In this document: piece by piece, positions 1 to 8,666 of the stretch
Layout of the letters: every line of letters starts with the position of its first letter
Numbering within the stretch: the first letter of the stretch is position 1
NCBI GenBank assembly: GCA_964016885.1
Contig: CAXHJY010001455.1
Span: forward strand, 1-28,698
DNA length: 28,698 bases
Reading direction: 5' to 3'
From: Eledone cirrhosa
Taxonomy: Eukaryota
Position numbers and translations under genes: made by a program
Notes under the pieces: model-generated
What the model was told of the DNA's origin: nothing
Seen by the model: only the letters and a program-made list of their open reading frames with translations
Databases searched by the model: none

Positions 1-88
1 CGTATCCGCCGCCGACCCGTAGGGCTGCGCAACGCCTGCGGGGAATACCACCGAGTAGGGATTTTGCAGCACGGCCAGGGGGTTCTGT

Positions 89-106
89 CTATTATATAGG
101 GTAGGC
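89..106 (+). promoter_or_regulatory. Candidate transcription-initiation motif CTATTATATAGGGTAGGC, one per monomer (Pol I initiation-site-like TATATAGGG, putative +1 at A98)
   Basis: Seen: TATATAGGG at 93-101 in the longest pure A/T run of the unit (90-98), invariant in the copies inspected. Recalled knowledge: TATATAGGG is the conserved rDNA Pol I start motif in many plants (e.g. Arabidopsis), and the Drosophila ETS starts in a similar TATAGGTAGGC context. A short motif match does not prove function. Confidence 0.45.
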
Positions 107-685
107 TTGATCGGACGAGCTCGAAGAAAACGATTCCGGGTGCTACCCGTCGAGAGTCGTGAATATTCCGTTTACAAGACGGGTACGTGCCGGCCTACCC
201 TATGCTATGACGGATGTCTCCGCCTCGACGACATGCCGTCTAGAACTCGTCCGCCCCGCCTGCACGTTAACGCCCGCCCTCCGCCTCCGATGCCGTGTTC
301 CGCCTCCGATGCGTGTTCTGCCCGTAAAGTCTTGCCAACTTGGCCGCCTCCGACCCGTGTGTGGCTGCAGGGGAATCCAGCCGACGACGACGCCCGGACG
401 GGGCGTCGTGGTGGTAGCTTGGCTTGGTCGATGCGACGACAACACGCCGCCCAAACTTGCTTCCTTCGGGGAGGCCCCGTGTAGACGGCGGAAAGAAATC
501 CATTCCGCCGGCTAGGCGGTTCCGCCGCCGACCCGTACTTTTACGAGTAGCTGCCGGGAAAGAGAGGCGGCAAGACGGCGTGTATACCCGTCGCGAGGCG
601 AAGTTCCGCGACGCGACACGACGCCTTCCGTCTTCCGCCTCGAACCCGGCAAACGTTCTCGCCCTTGCCGCTTCGATGGCGAGAA
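96..685 (+). ncRNA. Putative highly structured non-coding region, repeated in every monomer (family unassigned, transcription unproven)
   Basis: Complementary pairs read by eye: 96-106/193-203 (11 bp), 144-151/178-185 (8 bp), 112-119/246-253 (8 bp, crossing the first), 209-218/230-240 (10 bp, 1 bulge), 387-395/401-409 (9 bp), 460-473 cUUCGg hairpin, 486-493/503-510 (8 bp), rod 552-651, 656-663/678-685 (8 bp). The strand is inferred from the upstream TATATAGGG and the UUCG loop. Confidence 0.3.
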
Positions 686-729
686 AAGTTCGCAACCCGC
701 CGGCGAGGCGTATCCGCCGCCGACCCGTA
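514..729 (+). repeat. Internal direct repeat AGGCG(GT/TA)TCCGCCGCCGACCCGTA, two copies per monomer
   Basis: 514-537 and 706-729 match at 22 of 24 positions, with an identical 17-mer TCCGCCGCCGACCCGTA. A third degenerate copy, CCGCCTCCGACCCGT, lies at 344-358. Confidence 0.92.
552..651. other. ~100-nt imperfect inverted repeat (rod-like hairpin/cruciform potential) in each monomer
   Basis: TGCCGGG 552-558 pairs CCCGGCA 645-651; GAGGCGG 564-570 pairs CCGCCTC 635-641; AAGACGG 572-578 pairs CCGTCTT 628-634; CGTGT 579-583 pairs ACACG 616-620; CGTCGCG 589-595 pairs CGCGACG 607-613. All five are properly nested. Confidence 0.85.
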
Positions 730-1532
730 GGGCTGCGCAACGCCTGCGGGGAATACCACCGAGTAGGGATTTTGCAGCACGGCCAGGGGGTTCTGTCTAT
801 TATATAGGGTAGGCTTGATCGGACGAGCTCGAAGAAAACGATTCCGGGTGCTACCCGTCGAGAGTCGTGAATATTCCGTTTACAAGACGGGTACGTGCCG
901 GCCTACCCTATGCTATGACGGATGTCTCCGCCTCGACGACATGCCGTCTAGAACTCGTCCGCCCCGCCTGCACGTTAACGCCCGCCCTCCGCCTCCGCTC
1001 CGTCTTCCGCCTCCGATGCGTGTTCTGCCCGTAAAGTCTTGCCAACTTGGCCGCCTCCGACCCGTGTGTGGCTGCAGGGGAATCCAGCCGACGACGACGC
1101 CCGGACGGGGCGTCGTGGTGGTAGCTTGGCTTGGTCGATGCGACGACAACACGCCGCCCAAACTTGCTTCCTTCGGGGAGGCCCCGTGTAGACGGCGGAA
1201 AGAAATCCATTCCGCCGGCTAGGCGGTTCCGCCGCCGACCCGTACTTTTACGAGTAGCTGCCGGGAAAGAGAGGCGGCAAGACGGCGTGTATACCCGTCG
1301 CGAGGCGAAGTTCCGCGACGCGACACGACGCCTTCCGTCTTCCGCCTCGAACCCGGCAAACGTTCCTTTATTCGTTCTCGCCCTTGCCGCTTCGATGGCG
1401 AGAAAGTTCGCAACCCGCCGGCGAGGCGTATCCGCCGCCGACCCGTAGGGCTGCGCAACGCCTGCGGGGAATACCACCGAGTAGGGATTTTGCAGCACGG
1501 CCAGGGGGTTCTGTCTATTATATAGGGTAGGC

Positions 1533-3674
1533 TTGATCGGACGAGCTCGAAGAAAACGATTCCGGGTGCTACCCGTCGAGAGTCGTGAATATTCCGTTTA
1601 CAAGACGGGTACGTGCCGGCCTACCCTATGCTATGACGGATGTCTCCGCCTCGACGACATGCCGTCTAGAACTCGTCCGCCCCGCCTGCACGTTAACGCC
1701 CGCCCTCCGCCTCCGATGCGTGTTCCGCCTCCGATGCGTGTTCTGCCCGTAAAGTCTTGCCAACTTCGCCGCCTCCGACCCGTGTGTGGCTGCAGGGGAA
1801 TCCAGCCGACGACGACGCCCGGACGGGGCGTCGTGGTGGTAGCTTGGCTTGGTCGATGCGACGACAACACGCCGCCCAAACTTGCTTCCTTCGGGGAGGC
1901 CCCGTGTAGACGGCGGAAAGAAATCCATTCCGCCGGCTAGGCGGTTCCGCCGCCGACCCGTACTTTTACGAGTAGCTGCCGGGAAAGAGAGGCGGCAAGA
2001 CGGCGTGTATACCCGTCGCGAGGCGAAGTTCCGCGACGCGACACGACGCCTTCCGTCTTCCGCCTCGAACCCGGCAAACGTTCTCGCCCTTGCCGCTTCG
2101 ATGGCGAGAAAAGTTCGCAACCCGCCGGCGAGGCGTATCCGCCGCCGACCCGTAGGGCTGCGCAACGCCTGCGGGGAATACCACCGAGTAGGGATTTTGC
2201 AGCACGGCCAGGGGGTTCTGTCTATTATATAGGGTAGGCTTGATCGGACGAGCTCGAAGAAAACGATTCCGGGTGCTACCCGTCGAGAGTCGTGAATATT
2301 CCGTTTACAAGACGGGTACGTGCCGGCCTACCCTATGCTGTGACGGATGTCTCCGCCTCGACGACATGCCGTCTAGAACTCGTCCGCCCCGCCTGCACGT
2401 TAACGCCCGCCCTCCGCCTCCGCTCCGTCTTCCGCCTCCGATGCGTGTTCTGCCCGTAAAGTCTTGCCAACTTGGCCGCCTCCGACCCGTGTGTGGCTGC
2501 AGGGGAATCCAGCCGACGACGACGCCCGGACGGGGCGTCGTGGTGGTAGCTTGGCTTGGTCGATGCGACGACAACACGCCGCCCAAACTTGCTTCCTTCG
2601 GGGAGGCCCCGTGTAGACGGCGGAAAGAAATCCATTCCGCCGGCTAGGCGGTTCCGCCGCCGACCCGTACTTTTACGAGTAGCTGCCGGGAAAGAGAAGC
2701 GGCAAGACGGCGTGTATACCCGTCGCGAGGCGAAGTTCCGCGACGCGACACGACGCCTTCCGTCTTCCGCCTCGAACCCGGCAAACGTTCCTTTATTCGT
2801 TCTCGCCTTGCCGCTTCGATGGCGAGAAAGTTCGCAACCCGCCGGCGAGGCGTATCCGCCGCCGACCCGTAGGGCTGCGCAACGCCTGCGGGGAATACCA
2901 CCGAGTAGGGATTTTGCAGCACGGCCAGGGGGTTCTGTCTATTATATAGGGTAGGCTTGATCGGACGAGCTCGAAGAAAACGATTCCGGGTGCTACCCGT
3001 CGAGAGTCGTGAATATTCCGTTTTCAAGACGGGTACGTGCCGGCCTACCCTATGCTATGACGGATGTCTCCGCCTCGACGACATGCCGTCTAGAACTCGT
3101 CCGCCCCGCCTGCACGTTAACGCCCGCCCTCCGCCTCCGCTCCGTCTTCCGCCTCCGATGCGTGTTCTGCCCGTAAAGTCTTGCCAACTTGGCCGCCTCC
3201 GACCCGTGTGTGGCTGCAGGGGAATCCAGCCGACGACGACGCCCGGACGGGGCGTCGTGGTGGTAGCTTGGCTTGGTCGATGCGACGACAACACGCCGCC
3301 CAAACTTGCTTCCTTCGGGGAGGCCCCGTGTAGACGGCGGAAAGAAATCCATTCCGCCGGCTAGGCGGTTCCGCCGCCGACCCGTACTTTTACGAGTAGC
3401 TGCCGGGAAAGAGAGGCGGCAAGACGGCGTGTATACCCGTCGCGAGGCGAAGTTCCGCGACGCGACACGACGCCTTCCGTCTTCCGCCTCGAACCCGGCA
3501 AACGTTCCTTTATTCGTTCTCGCCCTTGCCGCTTCGATGGCGAGAAAGTTCGCAACCCGCCGGCGAGGCGTATCCGCCGCCGACCCGTAGGGCTGCGCAA
3601 CGCCTGCGGGGAATACCACCGAGTAGGGATTTTGCAGCACGGCCAGGGGGTTCTGTCTATTATATAGGGTAGGC
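1533..3674 (+). repeat. Higher-order block C-D-E, copy 1 (continues into the 5' part of unit F)
   Basis: Carries the rare 342C allele and spacings 707,717,718. Matches 17214-19355 at offset 15681. In both places the following unit carries the rare 428A allele. Confidence 0.88.
1706..1741 (+). repeat. 18-bp tandem duplication TCCGCCTCCGATGCGTGT x2 (perfect in units 3, 15 and 25; first copy altered in other units)
   Basis: 1706-1723 and 1724-1741 are identical. In unit 1 the first copy carries an extra C (280-298). Confidence 0.93.
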
Positions 3675-4393
3675 TTGATCGGACGAGCTCGAAGAAAACG
3701 ATTCCGGGTGCTACCCGTCGAGAGTCGTGAATATTCCGTTTACAAGACGGGTACGTGCCGGCCTACCCTATGCTATGACGGATGTCTCCGCCTCGACGAC
3801 ATGCCGTCTAGAACTCGTCCGCCCCGCCTGCACGTTAACGCCCGCCCTCCGCCTCCGATGCCGTGTTCCGCCTCCGATGCGTGTTCTGCCCGTAAAGTCT
3901 TGCCAACTTGGCCGCCTCCGACCCGTGTGTGGCTGCAGGGGAATCCAGCCGACGACGACGCCCGGACGGGGCGTCGTGGTGGTAGCTTGGCTTGGACGAT
4001 GCGACGACAACACGCCGCCCAAACTTGCTTCCTTCGGGGAGGCCCCGTGTAGACGGCGGAAAGAAATCCATTCCGCCGGCTAGGCGGTTCCGCCGCCGAC
4101 CCGTACTTTTACGAGTAGCTGCCGGGAAAGAGAGGCGGCAAGACGGCGTGTATACCCGTCGCGAGGCGAAGTTCCGCGACGCGACACGACGCCTTCCGTC
4201 TTCCGCCTCGAACCCGGCAAACGTTCCTTTATTCGTTCTCGCCCTTGCCGCTTCGATGGCGAGAAAGTTCGCAACCCGCCGGCGAGGCGTATCCGCCGCC
4301 GACCCGTAGGGCTGCGCAACGCCTGCGGGGAATACCACCGAGTAGGGATTTTGCAGCACGGCCAGGGGGTTCTGTCTATTATATAGGGTAGGC

Positions 4394-7300
4394 TTGATCG
4401 GACGAGCTCGAAGAAAACGATTCCGGGTGCTACCCGTCGAGAGTCGTGAATATTCCGTTTACAAGACGGGTACGTGCCGGCCTACCCTATGCTATGACGG
4501 ATGTCTCCGCCTCGACGACATGCCGTCTAGAACTCGTCCGCCCCGCCTGCACGTTAACGCCCGCCCTCCGCCTCCGATGCCGTGTTCCGCCTCCGATGCG
4601 TGTTCTGCCCGTAAAGTCTTGCCAACTTGGCCGCCTCCGACCCGTGTGTGGCTGCAGGGGAATCCAGCCGACGACGACGCCCGGACGGGGCGTCGTGGTG
4701 GTAGCTTGGCTTGGTCGATGCGACGACAACACGCCGCCCAAACTTGCTTCCTTCGGGGAGGCCCCGTGTAGACGGCGGAAAGAAATCCATTCCGCCGGCT
4801 AGGCGGTTCCGCCGCCGACCCGTACTTTTACGAGTAGCTGCCGGGAAAGAGAGGCGGCAAGACGGCGTGTATACCCGTCGCGAGGCGAAGTTCCGCGACG
4901 CGACACGACGCCTTCCGTCTTCCGCCTCGAACCCGGCAAACGTTCCTTTATTCGTTCTCGCCCTTGCCGCTTCGATGGCGAGAAAGTTCGCAACCCGCCG
5001 GCGAGGCGTATCCGCCGCCGACCCGTAGGGCTGCGCAACGCCTGCGGGGAATACCACCGAGTAGGGATTTTGCAGCACGGCCAGGGGGTTCTGTCTATTA
5101 TATAGGGTAGGCTTGATCGGACGAGCTCGAAGAAAACGATTCCGGGTGCTACCCGTCGAGAGTCGTGAATATTCCGTTTACAAGACGGGTACGTGCCGGC
5201 CTACCCTATGCTATGACGGATGTCTCCGCCTCGACGACATGCCGTCTAGAACTCGTCCGCCCCGCCTGCACGTTAACGCCCGCCCTCCGCCTCCGATGCC
5301 GTGTTCCGCCTCCGATGCGTGTTCTGCCCGTAAAGTCTTGCCAACTTGGCCGCCTCCGACCCGTGTGTGGCTGCAGGGGAATCCAGCCGACGACGACGCC
5401 CGGACGGGGCGTCGTGGTGGTAGCTTGGCTTGGTCGATGCGACGACAACACGCCGCCCAAACTTGCTTCCTTCGGGGAGGCCCCGTGTAGACGGCGGAAA
5501 GAAATCCATTCCGCCGGCTAGGCGGTTCCGCCGCCGACCCGTACTTTTACGAGTAGCTGCCGGGAAAGAGAGGCGGCAAGACGGCGTGTATACCCGTCGC
5601 GAGGCGAAGTTCCGCGACGCGACACGACGCCTTCCGTCTTCCGCCTCGAACCCGGCAAACGTTCTCGCCCTTGCCGCTTCGATGGCGAGAAAAGTTCGCA
5701 ACCCGCCGGCGAGGCGTATCCGCCGCCGACCCGTAGGGCTGCGCAACGCCTGCGGGGAATACCACCGAGTAGGGATTTTGCAGCACGGCCAGGGGGTTCT
5801 GTCTATTATATAGGGTAGGCTTGATCGGACGAGCTCGAAGAAAACGATTCCGGGTGCTACCCGTCGAGAGTCGTGAATATTCCGTTTACAAGACGGGTAC
5901 GTGCCGGCCTACCCTATGCTATGACGGATGTCTCCGCCTCGACGACATGCCGTCTAGAACTCGTCCGCCCCGCCTGCACGTTAACGCCCGCCCTCCGCCT
6001 CCGCTCCGTCTTCCGCCTCCGATGCGTGTTCTGCCCGTAAAGTCTTGCCAACTTGGCCGCCTCCGACCCGTGTGTGGCTGCAGGGGAATCCAGCCGACGA
6101 CGACGCCCGGACGGGGCGTCGTGGTGGTAGCTTGGCTTGGTCGATGCGACGACAACACGCCGCCCAAACTTGCTTCCTTCGGGGAGGCCCCGTGTAGACG
6201 GCGGAAAGAAATCCATTCCGCCGGCTAGGCGGTTCCGCCGCCGACCCGTACTTTTACGAGTAGCTGCCGGGAAAGAGAGGCGGCAAGACGGCGTGTATAC
6301 CCGTCGCGAGGCGAAGTTCCGCGACGCGACACGACGCCTTCCGTCTTCCGCCTCGAACCCGGCAAACGTTCTCGCCCTTGCCGCTTCGATGGCGAGAAAG
6401 TTCGCAACCCGCCGGCGAGGCGTATCCGCCGCCGACCCGTAGGGCTGCGCAACGCCTGCGGGGAATACCACCGAGTAGGGATTTTGCAGCACGGCCAGGG
6501 GGTTCTGTCTATTATATAGGGTAGGCTTGATCGGACGAGCTCGAAGAAAACGATTCCGGGTGCTACCCGTCGAGAGTCGTGAATATTCCGTTTACAAGAC
6601 GGGTACGTGCCGGCCTACCCTATGCTATGACGGATGTCTCCGCCTCGACGACATGCCGTCTAGAACTCGTCCGCCCCGCCTGCACGTTAACGCCCGCCCT
6701 CCGCCTCCGCTCCGTCTTCCGCCTCCGATGCGTGTTCTGCCCGTAAAGTCTTGCCAACTTGGCCGCCTCCGACCCGTGTGTGGCTGCAGGGGAATCCAGC
6801 CGACGACGACGCCCGGACGGGGCGTCGTGGTGGTAGCTTGGCTTGGTCGATGCGACGACAACACGCCGCCCAAACTTGCTTCCTTCGGGGAGGCCCCGTG
6901 TAGACGGCGGAAAGAAATCCATTCCGCCGGCTAGGCGGTTCCGCCGCCGACCCGTACTTTTACGAGTAGCTGCCGGGAAAGAGAGGCGGCAAGACGGCGT
7001 GTATACCCGTCGCGAGGCGAAGTTCCGCGACGCGACACGACGCCTTCCGTCTTCCGCCTCGAACCCGGCAAACGTTCTCGCCCTTGCCGCTTCGATGGCG
7101 AGAAAGTTCGCAACCCGCCGGCGAGGCGTATCCGCCGCCGACCCGTAGGGCTGCGCAACGCCTGCGGGGAATACCACCGAGTAGGGATTTTGCAGCACGG
7201 CCAGGGGGTTCTGTCTATTATATAGGGTAGGCTTGATCGGACGAGCTCGAAGAAAACGATTCCGGGTGCTACCCGTCGAGAGTCGTGAATATTCCGTTTA

Positions 7301-8666
7301 CAAGACGGGTACGTGCCGGCCTACCCTATGCTGTGACGGATGTCTCCGCCTCGACGACATGCCGTCTAGAACTCGTCCGCCCCGCCTGCACGTTAACGCC
7401 CGCCCTCCGCCTCCGCTCCGTCTTCCGCCTCCGATGCGTGTTCTGCCCGTAAAGTCTTGCCAACTTGGCCGCCTCCGACCCGTGTGTGGCTGCAGGGGAA
7501 TCCAGCCGACGACGACGCCCGGACGGGGCGTCGTGGTGGTAGCTTGGCTTGGTCGATGCGACGACAACACGCCGCCCAAACTTGCTTCCTTCGGGGAGGC
7601 CCCGTGTAGACGGCGGAAAGAAATCCATTCCGCCGGCTAGGCGGTTCCGCCGCCGACCCGTACTTTTACGAGTAGCTGCCGGGAAAGAGAAGCGGCAAGA
7701 CGGCGTGTATACCCGTCGCGAGGCGAAGTTCCGCGACGCGACACGACGCCTTCCGTCTTCCGCCTCGAACCCGGCAAACGTTCCTTTATTCGTTCTCGCC
7801 TTGCCGCTTCGATGGCGAGAAAGTTCGCAACCCGCCGGCGAGGCGTATCCGCCGCCGACCCGTAGGGCTGCGCAACGCCTGCGGGGAATACCACCGAGTA
7901 GGGATTTTGCAGCACGGCCAGGGGGTTCTGTCTATTATATAGGGTAGGCTTGATCGGACGAGCTCGAAGAAAACGATTCCGGGTGCTACCCGTCGAGAGT
8001 CGTGAATATTCCGTTTTCAAGACGGGTACGTGCCGGCCTACCCTATGCTATGACGGATGTCTCCGCCTCGACGACATGCCGTCTAGAACTCGTCCGCCCC
8101 GCCTGCACGTTAACGCCCGCCCTCCGCCTCCGCTCCGTCTTCCGCCTCCGATGCGTGTTCTGCCCGTAAAGTCTTGCCAACTTGGCCGCCTCCGACCCGT
8201 GTGTGGCTGCAGGGGAATCCAGCCGACGACGACGCCCGGACGGGGCGTCGTGGTGGTAGCTTGGCTTGGTCGATGCGACGACAACACGCCGCCCAAACTT
8301 GCTTCCTTCGGGGAGGCCCCGTGTAGACGGCGGAAAGAAATCCATTCCGCCGGCTAGGCGGTTCCGCCGCCGACCCGTACTTTTACGAGTAGCTGCCGGG
8401 AAAGAGAAGCGGCAAGACGGCGTGTATACCCGTCGCGAGGCGAAGTTCCGCGACGCGACACGACGCCTTCCGTCTTCCGCCTCGAACCCGGCAAACGTTC
8501 CTTTATTCGTTCTCGCCTTGCCGCTTCGATGGCGAGAAAGTTCGCAACCCGCCGGCGAGGCGTATCCGCCGCCGACCCGTAGGGCTGCGCAACGCCTGCG
8601 GGGAATACCACCGAGTAGGGATTTTGCAGCACGGCCAGGGGGTTCTGTCTATTATATAGGGTAGGC
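4394..8666 (+). repeat. Higher-order block G-A-H-H-D-I, copy 1 (6 monomers, 4273 bp)
   Basis: Spacings 719,708,706,706,717,717 and the diagnostic alleles match 11516-15788 at a constant offset of 7122. Confidence 0.9.

Larger units (their letters stand above)
107..814 (+). repeat. Representative monomer (unit 1, type A, 708 bp; the phase is arbitrary)
   Basis: Identical to the other units except at nine sites (unit-1 coordinates): 174 A/T, 207 A/G, 290-298 (three alleles), 342 G/C, 428 T/A, 566 G/A, a 12-bp indel after 658, CCC/CC at 662-664, and AAAA/AAA at 684-687. Confidence 0.98.

Noticed and set aside
81-106. Spliced-leader RNA gene array (GGTTCTGTCTATTATATAG/GGT loosely recalls the kinetoplastid mini-exon 3' end)
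   Set aside because: No match to the conserved 5' part of the kinetoplastid, nematode or dinoflagellate leaders that I recall, and no clear Sm site downstream at the expected distance. A divergent leader cannot be fully excluded.
64-119. Bacterial sigma70 promoter (TATAAT on - at 91-96; TTGCAG...TATTAT on +)
   Set aside because: The - strand hexamer has no -35 element at 17 bp (CTCGTC), the + strand pair is spaced 20 bp apart, and there is no downstream gene.
33-144. Fragments reminiscent of eukaryotic 5S rRNA (GGGAATACC, GTAGGCTT, CCGGGTGCT on +; CTCGTCCGATCA on - at 108-119)
   Set aside because: 5S genes do form tandem arrays of this size, but these fragments are out of order, on different strands, and there is no contiguous ~120-nt match or box C. 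A cmscan with the 5S model (RF00001) would settle it.
637-646. Pol III B-box-like GGTTCGAGGC on the - strand (tRNA or SINE)
   Set aside because: No T-stem pairing, no convincing A box upstream and no cloverleaf.
1-814. Hammerhead ribozyme / retrozyme monomer
   Set aside because: The catalytic core CTGANGA is not found on either strand (no CTGA or TCAG seen in the monomer).
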